Positions 55,881-64,000 of a stretch of 64,000 nucleotides of DNA are shown here, piece by piece (the first letter of the stretch is position 1; each line of letters starts with the position of its first letter). The position numbers and the translations under genes are program-made. The stretch covers positions 53,348 through 117,347 of the forward strand of contig WQVD01000003.1 in NCBI GenBank assembly GCA_009781755.1, in the 5' to 3' direction. The notes beneath the pieces were generated by a model. That model did not search any database. It was not told the DNA's origin and saw only the letters and a list, made by a program, of their open reading frames with translations. This DNA is from Defluviitaleaceae bacterium. Its GTDB lineage: Bacteria > Bacillota > Clostridia > Lachnospirales > WQUN01.

Positions 55881-56518
55881 TGTTTTGGTTGTTGGACTTT
55901 GTAATTGTAACGGTTATTATCGTTTGTGTGATACGCGGCTTCCAACGCGGGTTGGTGCTTTCTTTATTTGGCGCTTTAACGCTGATTGTGGCGTTGGTAG
56001 GCGCTTTTATTATTTCGGGCATGTTTTCGCATCATGCAGAGGGGCTTATCGAGCCGCCTATTTCCAATTGGGTGGAATCACGCTTTGAACGGAACATAAC
56101 AGACGAAGGGCTCCCCCCACCGCGCGCGGGCGACCCTATATTTGAAGCATTGCGCACGCTGGGCGTCAATGAGAACCTCTCCGAGCGTATCGAGTCGGAC
56201 GTATCCACGCAACTGGAACGTGCGGGTAATACTTTCCAGATGGCGGTAACGGCGGCGCTTGTATCCCTTTTCGCTAGGATGATTACGCTTATTGTGGCCT
56301 TCTTGCTTTTATTTTTTGGGCTGCGGCTTTTGGCGCATTTACTAGATGCCATTGCGCAATTACCGATCTTGAACATCATAAACAAATTAGGTGGTTTGGG
56401 CGGCGGTTTGCTACAAGGGGTGTTGATTGTTTGGCTGGGTGTGACGGTGTTGTTTTTTGTGGGGCTTGTTGATTCCACATCGGCAGAACAATCCTTTTGG
56501 CTGCGCATTTTTTGGTAA
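55880..56518 (+). CDS. cvpA: CvpA family membrane protein
   Basis: It starts MFWLLDFVIVTVIIVCVIRGFQRGLV and has four TM helices. The start overlaps the radA stop (TAATG). Confidence 0.8.
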   Translation: MFWLLDFVIVTVIIVCVIRGFQRGLVLSLFGALTLIVALVGAFIISGMFSHHAEGLIEPPISNWVESRFERNITDEGLPPPRAGDPIFEALRTLGVNENLSERIESDVSTQLERAGNTFQMAVTAALVSLFARMITLIVAFLLLFFGLRLLAHLLDAIAQLPILNIINKLGGLGGGLLQGVLIVWLGVTVLFFVGLVDSTSAEQSFWLRIFW

Positions 56519-56528
56519 AGTCTGTTTA

Positions 56529-56557
56529 TTGCGGCGCTAATGACGCAATGATATAAT
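56529..56557 (+). promoter_or_regulatory. sigma-A-type promoter with extended -10
   Basis: TTGCGG, 17 nt, TATAAT, with TG at -15/-14 (TGATATAAT). Confidence 0.55.
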
Positions 56558-56590
56558 ACAAGCAATACATAAAATAAAGGAGATGATTTA

Positions 56591-57865
56591 ATGGGCTTAA
56601 TTCGGGCAGCGATCAGTTCCGTAGGCAGCACCATGCGCGACCAATGGCTGGATTTCTTTGTGTGTGATGCCATACGTGAAGATACTTTAATGGTGCGCGG
56701 TGTGCGAACCAACAAAAACGGACGGAATAATGGTTCTGACAATGTGATTTCGAATGGTTCGGGCATTATTGTGTCTGCCGGCCAATGTGCGATCATTACA
56801 TCGCAAGGCGCGGTGGTGGAGCTTGTAGCAGAACCGGGCGAGTTTACGTGGGATGCAGATGGCGAGCCGTCGATTTTCCATGGCGGGCTGGGCGCGGGCA
56901 TCATGAATACCTTTAAAACCATTGGCCGCAGAATTGCCCGTGGCGGCGAAACCGGCCGTGACCATCGCGTGTATTATGTGAATATCAAGGAATTACATGG
57001 CAATAAATTCGGTACGGCAACGCCGCTTCCCTTCCGCATTGTTGACCCGGATACGGGCTTTAGGATTTCAACCACGTTGCGCGGATACGGAACCTATTCT
57101 TGGAGAGTCGCCGACCCAATCAAATTTTTCACCAACATAGCGGCGAACATAACGGATGACTTCAAAGTTGAACGTTTGCAAAGTCAAATGCGTTCGGAAT
57201 TCCTTTCCGCGTTGCAGCCGGCGCTGGGTGCGTTGGGGCAAAAAGGCATCTTGCCTGATGAATTAACGCTGCATACACTGGATGTAGCGGCGGGCTTGAA
57301 CGAGCATCTTTCCGGCACGTGGAATGAGTTGCGCGGATTTGAAGTGGTGAGCATCGCGTTCAATTCCATTACCACCCCCGATGAAGTAAACGACCAACTC
57401 AACGAGCTTCAAATGAAAAAATTATACGCCAACAACCCAAATATGGCAGCGGCCAGCATGGTAAAAGCACAAAACCAAGCATTGGTAGGCGCGGCCAACA
57501 ACCAAGGCGGCATGGGTGCTATGGGCGCGTTCATGGGCATGAACATGGTGCAAAACACCGGCGGCGGAGCCAATCCGCTGGGTGCATTGCAGCAACAAGC
57601 CCCACCACCCCAAGCCCCGCAAGCTGCCGGATGGAATTGCACCTGCGGAGCCACAAACGCAGGTAGATTCTGCGGGGAGTGCGGCTCACCGCCGCCGGCA
57701 CCCGCACCCGCTGCGGGTAGCTGGGCATGTGCATGCGGTACGCAAAACCAAGGTCGTTTCTGTGGTGAATGCGGGCAGCCTGCACCGGCTGCAGGTTGGA
57801 AATGCACTTGCGGAGCGCAAAACACAGGCCGTTTTTGCGGCGATTGCGGCGCAAGCCAAGGATAA
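56591..57865 (+). CDS. SPFH/Band-7 (YdjI-like) protein fused to three C-terminal zinc ribbons
   Basis: The N-terminus is MGLIRAAISSVGSTMRDQWLDFF. The C-terminus has three repeats of W.C.CG..N.GRFCGECG. An AAAGGAG SD is present. Confidence 0.8.
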   Translation: MGLIRAAISSVGSTMRDQWLDFFVCDAIREDTLMVRGVRTNKNGRNNGSDNVISNGSGIIVSAGQCAIITSQGAVVELVAEPGEFTWDADGEPSIFHGGLGAGIMNTFKTIGRRIARGGETGRDHRVYYVNIKELHGNKFGTATPLPFRIVDPDTGFRISTTLRGYGTYSWRVADPIKFFTNIAANITDDFKVERLQSQMRSEFLSALQPALGALGQKGILPDELTLHTLDVAAGLNEHLSGTWNELRGFEVVSIAFNSITTPDEVNDQLNELQMKKLYANNPNMAAASMVKAQNQALVGAANNQGGMGAMGAFMGMNMVQNTGGGANPLGALQQQAPPPQAPQAAGWNCTCGATNAGRFCGECGSPPPAPAPAAGSWACACGTQNQGRFCGECGQPAPAAGWKCTCGAQNTGRFCGDCGASQG

Positions 57866-57900
57866 CAATCACATAGAGCATCACGAAAGGTGGATTTAAC

Positions 57901-58233
57901 ATGAGTTTTTTACGAGGCGTTAAGAAAGGTGCTGGATTGGGGCTGGGTGCTGCGTTGGTAAACCGCGCAATGAATCAAGTGGCGCAACCCCAACCTATAC
58001 AGCAGCCACACCCCATGCAACACCAACCTCACATGCAACAGCAAGCCATGCAACCGCAACAACCCCGACAACCCGGGTTCTTGGATCGGTTGGCGGGCTC
58101 TGTGGAAAATATGGCGAACGCCACCACCCAGCATATTAATTCGGCGGCGGTGGGTAGCTGCGATTATTGCGGCACGGGTTTGGGCGTGGGCGACCGTACT
58201 TGCACTTCCTGTTGTGCGCCTGTGGGAGCATAA
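57901..58233 (+). CDS. small Gln/Pro-rich protein with a C-terminal CxxC...CxxC zinc ribbon
   Basis: 110 aa. The SD is GAAAGGTGG. It contains QPQPIQQPHPMQHQPHMQQQAMQPQQPRQP and ends CDYCGTGLGVGDRTCTSCCAP. Confidence 0.6.
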   Translation: MSFLRGVKKGAGLGLGAALVNRAMNQVAQPQPIQQPHPMQHQPHMQQQAMQPQQPRQPGFLDRLAGSVENMANATTQHINSAAVGSCDYCGTGLGVGDRTCTSCCAPVGA

Positions 58234-58251
58234 AAATTTTACACGAATAAC

Positions 58252-58283
58252 AAAAATCCCGATTTAATCGTCGGGATTTTTTT
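58252..58283. terminator. bidirectional intrinsic terminator
   Basis: AAAAATCCCGA, a loop, then TCGGGATTTTTTT. Confidence 0.8.
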
Positions 58284-58312
58284 ATTATCGATGTAAAAGA
58301 TGGGTGGGGTGA

Positions 58313-58810
58313 CTATAACGCGCGCAGGACGGTGGTGTCGCGTTGCACCCATGGGATTTGCGGTAGGTGCAAGCGTTGCTCGTTGGTGGCGATGGCTTCA
58401 GCGGGTGTAACGAGCGCGGGCGCGTAGCCGTATTCTTGCTCGTAACCGGCATCGGGGGTGGGGGCGGTTGCGGCTTGTGGGGCGATGGCACAGATGTAAT
58501 AAAAGGATTCTTGCTCGAAGATTTCGTGCGGGGTGGTGCTTTTGCGTAGGATGAGGGTGCGTCCGTATTCGGCGATGGTATCAATGTTTATCGTGTAACC
58601 GGTTTCTTCTTTCACTTCGCGTTGGAGCGTAGCGTGGTGTGATTCATCGGGTTCGATACCGCCGCCGGGAAATTTATACTCGCCGTATTTGGCACTACGC
58701 ACCATCAATAATTGGTCGCCGATGAAGATGATGGCGCGTGCGCTGTCGCGTTTGCATATTGGCCATGTGGGGTCGTAGTCGCCGTGGTCAAAAATTTTTA
58801 TTGTGCGCAT
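58313..58810 (-). CDS. NUDIX hydrolase
   Basis: The ATG at 58810 follows AAGGAG. The Nudix box is GGGIEPDESHHATLQREVKEETGY. Confidence 0.8.
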   Translation of the reverse strand: MRTIKIFDHGDYDPTWPICKRDSARAIIFIGDQLLMVRSAKYGEYKFPGGGIEPDESHHATLQREVKEETGYTINIDTIAEYGRTLILRKSTTPHEIFEQESFYYICAIAPQAATAPTPDAGYEQEYGYAPALVTPAEAIATNEQRLHLPQIPWVQRDTTVLRAL

Positions 58811-58833
58811 TTTTGCTCCTTTGATGGCTTGTG

Positions 58834-60420
58834 TTACACCGTGTTGATGGTGCCGGTGATGCCGTCCAGCGCGCCGTCGTATAACGTGCGCACCATGCTC
58901 CATTCGGCGTGGGGGTCGTTCACATGAAATAAGTTATGTTCATACGAAGGCACAAATTCCAGCTTGCGGTAGAACGTTGAATCGCCGCAGAGAAACACTG
59001 CACCGTAACCCAAACCACATGCGCGGCGCAAGACTTCCTCCGTCATAGCGCGGGCGATGCCTTGGCGGAAGTAATCCGGGTGCACACTGATGGGCGAAAG
59101 CAGCAGCTCTGTACATGTACAGCCGTCGGGTGTGGTGATATCGGTTTTGTACAGCACGATTTGGCCGATGATTTTGCCGTTGCGTTCGGCGACCAACGAT
59201 AATTCGGGGATGAAGGTGTCTTTGGTGCGCAGGTCGTTTAAATAATCGGGCACGGTGCCGCAGGTTTCTTCTTTGGAATCGAAGGCATCTTTGACCAAGT
59301 TGTATACCTCATCGTAATCGCCGGGTTGTTCTTGGCGGATGGTGGTTGAGACTGCATTGTGCGATGCCGCTACATCCAACGGTGAAATGGCGGACGTGGA
59401 TTCATCCGCCGAAACCGCAATAAGATATATGCCGCTGTTTGCCGGATTGTGCATCCAATGTGTCACCACCTCGCGGACAGTGGCGGACATGGGGCGGTCA
59501 AGGATTTGCGATTTTTGCACCCAATGGAATTCGCCTTCATCGCATGCGGGTAGGGGGATTTCGTGCTTCAAAGTGCCAAAGTAATGATAGTGGCAGCGGA
59601 TTTCGTTGCCGACTTTGCGCATGGCGATGTAGCGGAGGGTTAGTCCGGTGATGTCCTGGCGGGGGATTTTTACTTCTTCCCATACCTCGCGCAGGCAGGT
59701 TTCGGCCAAGTCTATGGCGCGGGGATTTGTGATGTCCGTAGTATCTATGTGCCCGCAAATGCCTGCCCACATGCCCGCACCCAGTTCCTTGTGCAGGCCA
59801 CGCTTCATCATTAAAACATTGTCGCCGTGGGAAAGAAATGCCCCGGCGGTGATGCGGGTGACAATGGGATTTGTTGGTTCAACGGGAGGGGAGGCGGTGT
59901 TGGGTGTGCAGGTGGTGTTCGCCGTGGCGGCAGTATCGATTGTGCGGTTATGGGGGATGATGCTCCGCGCTATCAAAATTTCAATACAGTGCGCCAAGGG
60001 TTTTCGCACCGGCGGGGATAATTCTATCGGTAAATTATCCATATCAAACCAACGTAAATCCGTAGTTTCGTTGGTGGCGGTGATTATATCGCCTGTGAAG
60101 TCCTCGCACAGGAACACCACATCGTTGTTGGCTACTTGGTCGCCGTTGGGGTAGGTGTAGAATAATGCTGCACCGGAGAATACGCCCAACAATTCCAGCT
60201 TGTTGGCGGTGAGTCCGGTTTCTTCAATCAATTCGCGCTTAGCCGCATCTTCGATGACTTCGCCCGGTTCTACCAAGCCGCCGGGATAACTCCAGCAGCC
60301 GTTGTCGCGGCGTTGTATCAATAAAATTTTCCCGTTTTTGTGTACGATGGTGCTTGCACCCACCACCATGAGTCGATCGTGGCCGATGTGCTTGCGCATG
60401 GTTTTTATGTAGTCCGACAT
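58834..60420 (-). CDS. tri-domain fusion protein: NUDIX, NUDIX, GNAT acetyltransferase
   Basis: Nudix box 1 is GGLVEPGEVIEDAAKRELIEETGL. A T/P/N-rich linker follows. The second box is degenerate (GHIDTTD...CLREVWEEV). The C-terminal GNAT region reads QGIARAMTEEVLRRACGLGY. Confidence 0.8.
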   Translation of the reverse strand: MSDYIKTMRKHIGHDRLMVVGASTIVHKNGKILLIQRRDNGCWSYPGGLVEPGEVIEDAAKRELIEETGLTANKLELLGVFSGAALFYTYPNGDQVANNDVVFLCEDFTGDIITATNETTDLRWFDMDNLPIELSPPVRKPLAHCIEILIARSIIPHNRTIDTAATANTTCTPNTASPPVEPTNPIVTRITAGAFLSHGDNVLMMKRGLHKELGAGMWAGICGHIDTTDITNPRAIDLAETCLREVWEEVKIPRQDITGLTLRYIAMRKVGNEIRCHYHYFGTLKHEIPLPACDEGEFHWVQKSQILDRPMSATVREVVTHWMHNPANSGIYLIAVSADESTSAISPLDVAASHNAVSTTIRQEQPGDYDEVYNLVKDAFDSKEETCGTVPDYLNDLRTKDTFIPELSLVAERNGKIIGQIVLYKTDITTPDGCTCTELLLSPISVHPDYFRQGIARAMTEEVLRRACGLGYGAVFLCGDSTFYRKLEFVPSYEHNLFHVNDPHAEWSMVRTLYDGALDGITGTINTV

Positions 60421-61184
60421 AACAAATTATCCTCCAACCATTGAGCTGCGCCGTCGTTGTCGTTGGTGTCGCATACGGCATTGGCGGCGGCTTTAACTGT
60501 ATCCGATGCGTTGCCCATGGCCACGCCCGTGCCCGCGTATTGCAACATGTCCAAGTCGTTCAAGTCATCGCCAAAGGCGACAATTTCGTGCGGTGCGATA
60601 CCCCATGTTGCGGCCAGCGCGGCCATGGCGTTTGATTTCGTTGCCTCGCAGTGCATGATCATTAACACACCATCCGTGGCCATCACGCAATACAAATCGG
60701 TAGGCAATGCCTGCACGATAAAATCAACATCCTCGGTGGTCAAATCGTAGGAATATAATTTTTCTGCATCTAGGTTGTGGGTAGAAAAGTCGGTTAGTTG
60801 CCAATGCGCTATCGCATTGCCCCAAGCGCCGGTTGGCGGCGTGTTGTTGGTGTAATGCGTGCCATCAGCCTCGGAAGTCATCTTTAATCTGCGTGTATGG
60901 CACGCTAGCAAAAATGGCCGCGCGGTCATATAAGGGATGCGCCGAGAATACACAACCGTGTCGTCCGAAGCGTCACAGACGCGGGCAGTCGCACCGTTGA
61001 GGGTGACTTTGCCATCGCATAATCCGTGCGGCACGAGGATGTCGGCACTGCTGCCGCGCCCGGTGGCGTATGCAATGCGGATGCCCGCCGCTCGGCAACG
61101 GCGTAAGGTGTCAATAGTACGCGGCGACACGGTTTTGTCCGTGCGCAGCAGCGTGCCATCCAAGTCGAAAACTACCATTTTCAT
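60405..61184 (-). CDS. Cof-type HAD-IIB family hydrolase
   Basis: The ATG at 61184 lies 6 nt after GGAGTGA. The motifs are VVFDLDGTLL and GDDLNDLDML. It overlaps the next gene by 16 nt. Confidence 0.85.
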   Translation of the reverse strand: MKMVVFDLDGTLLRTDKTVSPRTIDTLRRCRAAGIRIAYATGRGSSADILVPHGLCDGKVTLNGATARVCDASDDTVVYSRRIPYMTARPFLLACHTRRLKMTSEADGTHYTNNTPPTGAWGNAIAHWQLTDFSTHNLDAEKLYSYDLTTEDVDFIVQALPTDLYCVMATDGVLMIMHCEATKSNAMAALAATWGIAPHEIVAFGDDLNDLDMLQYAGTGVAMGNASDTVKAAANAVCDTNDNDGAAQWLEDNLLCRTT

Positions 61185-61211
61185 GCTCAATCACTCCACG
61201 GTATTTTATTG

Positions 61212-61775
61212 TTAATCAGGCAATACAAAACGGCTTCGTCTGCCGTCACTTACAAGGAATCGGCCGTCACCAATGTGGATGACTTGGTCATACTGTTTAA
61301 GCAAGCATGTTCTTGCTTCATATATATCAGTTGGTAATGCGTTGATAACTGCATGCCTCCATATCCATGCTCCTTCGCGCCATTCTTCATCGGTTAAATA
61401 CTGTCGCCATATGACTTCACCAGTGTTCAGATTATAAATGCCGCTACCACCCATAGCTGATAAATAAACTTCGACAAAATTATTGCTGTCTAACAAGCCC
61501 CATATACCGAAATTATCAAAGCGGCCGTAATCAATGATAATTTCGCCGGTGCGGACATCAATTAATGCAGTTCCACCAAGCCAAGTTTGCCGTACTGCTG
61601 CCATGCTGCTATTTACTATAAAAATGGAAACAAACTGCCCGCCGGGGATTAACGTTTCGCCATCGGGTATACTAATGACGGGATTGTAATGTTTACATCT
61701 TAAAAATAACATGCCATTTCGATACTGCGGACGATCAGAAAAAATTAAATCAGTAAGAAATGTTTGTGTGTACAA
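61212..61775 (-). CDS. hypothetical protein with repeated h-h-D/N-h-x-TGE-h-h motifs
   Basis: It is AT-rich. The start is uncertain (TTG 61775, and the first ATG is at codon 22). It contains IDVRTGEIIIDY and IYNLNTGEVIWRQY. Confidence 0.55.
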   Translation of the reverse strand: MYTQTFLTDLIFSDRPQYRNGMLFLRCKHYNPVISIPDGETLIPGGQFVSIFIVNSSMAAVRQTWLGGTALIDVRTGEIIIDYGRFDNFGIWGLLDSNNFVEVYLSAMGGSGIYNLNTGEVIWRQYLTDEEWREGAWIWRHAVINALPTDIYEARTCLLKQYDQVIHIGDGRFLVSDGRRSRFVLPD

Positions 61776-61809
61776 ACAAAATACCCCGTAGCGGTATTGG
61801 TGACCGTAA

Positions 61810-62463
61810 TCAAAAAAAATCAGTCATTGTCGCCATGACAACTTGATCGGTGTGCGGAATGAGCCGAATCGAGCGAAAATAATTCGGTTCAAGCAATATT
61901 TCACCTGTAACAAGAGATACCACCCCTGCGTAGGTTGGTTTACGCCTGCCGGGAGTGTCAGTTGCCTCGGTGAGAAAGAAGGTTGCTATATAATTTGAAG
62001 TGCGGGTATCAGACATTAACCAAGATCGACAAAACGATACAATTGTTTGTCGGGTAAGGGGATTAATAACGGAAGCTCTGTTTCTTCTGTTGCGCACAAT
62101 TGCGCGGTCTTCGCTAAGTAATCTATCTACGTGTAATCCGTGAAAGGGTCTGTGTGAAAGTCGAATTTGCCTTCCCGTTTGTATATTAATTAAATGTGGA
62201 GCGTTATTCCCGGCATCGTTGTCAAAAACCAACGAGGCTGTGTAACCTTGGATATTGTGACGGGTAAGATTATAAAATTCGGTGTGCCATATTGGCCGTA
62301 TGCTCCATAAATAAGCAATTGATAAAACAAAAAGAATAACCGCCATACATATAACTTTGTGCCGCGTTATAAGCATTTTATATTTAAGATGAACGAGGAA
62401 TCGCTCATTGTTTAACTTGCCATCACTATGCGGCGGGACTTTTTTGAATTCGTAATAATTCAT
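61810..62463 (-). CDS. hypothetical N-terminally anchored protein, distant paralogue of 61212..61775
   Basis: The ATG at 62463 follows AAGGGG. The TM helix is VICMAVILFVLSIAYLW. It contains INIQTGRQIRL, INPLTRQTIVSF and VSLVTGEILLEPNY. Confidence 0.6.
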   Translation of the reverse strand: MNYYEFKKVPPHSDGKLNNERFLVHLKYKMLITRHKVICMAVILFVLSIAYLWSIRPIWHTEFYNLTRHNIQGYTASLVFDNDAGNNAPHLINIQTGRQIRLSHRPFHGLHVDRLLSEDRAIVRNRRNRASVINPLTRQTIVSFCRSWLMSDTRTSNYIATFFLTEATDTPGRRKPTYAGVVSLVTGEILLEPNYFRSIRLIPHTDQVVMATMTDFF

Positions 62464-62492
62464 ACGATTACCCCTTTTAAACAAGCGGCGTG

Positions 62493-63359
62493 TTAGACGA
62501 ATTTCAAATTAACCGAATCCCCAATCGGCCGGTAGCCGATTTTTTGATAAATACTATTGGAGGTGGGGTTGGCGAGGTCGGTGTAGAGGACGCATTTTTT
62601 GAAGCCCCTGTCCAAGACGTTTTGGCTTAACTGCGCAACGCAAGATGTGGCATAGCCGCGCCGTGTAAAGTACGGCGGCGTGTATACCAAGCCGATGCCG
62701 CACACGGTCACCATTTCGCGGTGGGCGGCGGCGATGGATACGGGTTGGCCGTCCACTTCCAAGACGTGCACCTTGCGCGAGTTGATGCGGTGTAAATAAG
62801 TAGCGTAATCCTGCGGAATGTTCATGGTGGTTTTGCCGTACACGTCCGCGGCAAACATGCCCTCGGCCCAGAAGGGGAAGAAATGCATGTCGCCCTCGTT
62901 GACCAAGCGCAACGTGCCGAATTGTTTGATGTCCGGGTTAACTTCGGTTAGCTCGAAGCAACGCAACTCCATGGCGGTTTCGTGTTGCAAGCCGTTCTTC
63001 GCGCAATACGCTTGAGCGAATGTGAAGGATAAATTGCGCAGTGCTATCACGCCGGGGAAAGGCACATCGGTCGAATTGTCAATCAAGCACCCAATCGCCG
63101 TTGCGTCAATCTTGTTGTCTTTAGCGTAAAGCGTGATGTTGTGCGGCGGGGTCATGATGGCCACCAATTGCACACCGCCATCGTCCGACACCGTAGCCAT
63201 AAACCAATTAGCAGGGTCGCGCCAACCAAATTTATCCTCACCTTTCACGCCAATAAGTACATTGCCCAGCGGAATAAGATTATTCGCCTCGTCCTCCATC
63301 AACAAGTCATAAACCGCATCATAAAATTCACGCACATCGTGATAACGCTTGTACATCAT
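62493..63359 (-). CDS. GNAT family N-acetyltransferase (two-lobed, ~288 aa)
   Basis: A GGAGG SD lies 8 nt upstream. The C-terminal acetyl-CoA motif region reads RRGYATSCVAQLSQNVLDRG. Confidence 0.8.
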   Translation of the reverse strand: MMYKRYHDVREFYDAVYDLLMEDEANNLIPLGNVLIGVKGEDKFGWRDPANWFMATVSDDGGVQLVAIMTPPHNITLYAKDNKIDATAIGCLIDNSTDVPFPGVIALRNLSFTFAQAYCAKNGLQHETAMELRCFELTEVNPDIKQFGTLRLVNEGDMHFFPFWAEGMFAADVYGKTTMNIPQDYATYLHRINSRKVHVLEVDGQPVSIAAAHREMVTVCGIGLVYTPPYFTRRGYATSCVAQLSQNVLDRGFKKCVLYTDLANPTSNSIYQKIGYRPIGDSVNLKFV

Positions 63360-63406
63360 AAAATCCGCCTCCGCTCAATTTTGATGAAGATGAAACAAAA
63401 TATCCA

Positions 63407-63529
63407 ACCGGTCGCAATTTGCGACCGGTCGAAATCTGCACCGGCCACCCGTCAAGCCACGCGAAGCACAACGCGGGTCGAGGGGAACGCTTCCCCTCGC
63501 GGGTCTGGGCAGCGCCCAGGGGCTTGACC
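63407..63529 (-). repeat. REP/MITE-like element family 1, copy F (closest to consensus)
   Basis: On the plus strand: ACCGGTCGCAATTTGCGACCGGT-CGAAATCTGCACCGGCCACCCGTCAAGCCACGCGAAGCACAACGCGGGTCGAGGGGAACGCTTCCCCTCGCGGGTCTGGGCAGCGCCCAGGGGCTTGACC. It lies about 55 nt after the ppk stop. Confidence 0.8.
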
Positions 63530-63584
63530 TTGTTTTTGTTTGGGTTCTTGTCTATGTTTGGGTTCGCATTTTTGTTTCGCGACC

Positions 63585-64000
63585 CTAAACCTCTTCCAAA
63601 GCCCGCTTATACTGTTCTGAAGTCCGCGCATGATGTTCCAATTGCGACTGCACGGCCCTGCCCCGGCGCGGCAGCTTCACATACGTGCCATCCGGCTGTT
63701 GAATACGCCGCTTGACATTGTCTGACAACGACAATGCCAACTGCGCAGCCAGTTCTTCTTGCAACCCTACATCTTCGATGGGGAACATGACCTCGACGCG
63801 GCGGTCTAAGTTGCGGGGCATCCAGTCTGCGCTGGATAGGAATACGCGGCGGCGTTCGGCTTCGCCGAAAATGTATAAGCGGTTATGTTCCAAGTAGCGG
63901 TCTACTACGCTGGAGACTTCGATGTTGTCGCTTAGACTCGCTACGCCTGCGCGTAGGCAGCACAAGCCGCGTATCATCAAACGAATTTTCACGCCGGCTT
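63585..64000 (-). CDS. ppk1: polyphosphate kinase 1, C-terminal fragment (gene runs off the window end)
   Basis: KIRLMIRGLCCLR...VVDRYLEHNRLYIFG...SSADWMPRNLDRRVEVMFPIED is the conserved PPK1 C-terminal PLD-like domain. Confidence 0.9.
   Translation of the reverse strand, partial: AGVKIRLMIRGLCCLRAGVASLSDNIEVSSVVDRYLEHNRLYIFGEAERRRVFLSSADWMPRNLDRRVEVMFPIEDVGLQEELAAQLALSLSDNVKRRIQQPDGTYVKLPRRGRAVQSQLEHHARTSEQYKRALEEV

Overview
This 64-kb window reads as a chromosomal segment of a Gram-positive, Clostridia-like Firmicute. Supporting signs are GGAGG-type Shine-Dalgarno sites, darA-holB-yaaT/ricT synteny, ruvAB, smc, radA, a CotH protein and a sortase-type surface protein. I call 59 protein-coding genes, two of them cut by the window edges. 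By eye I see no rRNA, tRNA, CRISPR array, transposase, integrase or phage genes. The backbone runs as follows: a carbohydrate uptake and degradation cluster (0.1-10.2 kb); ruvAB next to a NitT/TauT-type ABC importer (16.3-20.9 kb); a tandem ABC exporter pair with a LytTR two-component pair and a CPBP protease (24.1-30.0 kb); smc; darA-holB-ricT; M18 aminopeptidase and GH8; a translationally coupled rpe/helical-unknown/GNAT/RraA-like/CotH operon (40.0-45.0 kb); an SGNH esterase; a phosphohexomutase; radA-cvpA; an SPFH/zinc-ribbon pair; a Nudix/HAD/GNAT cluster; and the ppk1 3' end. Visibly AT-richer islets lie at about 11.3-16.3 kb (DUF4240, BspA-type LRR surface protein, membrane protein), 21.2-24.1 kb (LytTR regulator with membrane partner, two toxin-antitoxin pairs), 29.4-30.0 kb (CPBP), 38.2-38.55 kb and 61.2-62.5 kb. 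The most interesting signal is non-coding. (i) Two diverged, inverted paralogues of a ~345-nt unit each carry their own -10 box, a covarying UUCG hairpin and a long terminator hairpin. I think this is an undescribed structured RNA gene family. (ii) A REP/MITE-like element has six copies, all within 60 nt after a stop codon and all in the same orientation relative to the terminating gene. (iii) A second small hairpin-repeat family is tandemly amplified inside the ABC importer operon. (iv) A ~240-bp long-arm palindrome wraps a terminator. (v) A C6 tract separates a secreted protein from its out-of-frame membrane anchor. All family assignments come from motif recognition by eye and no database search was possible.
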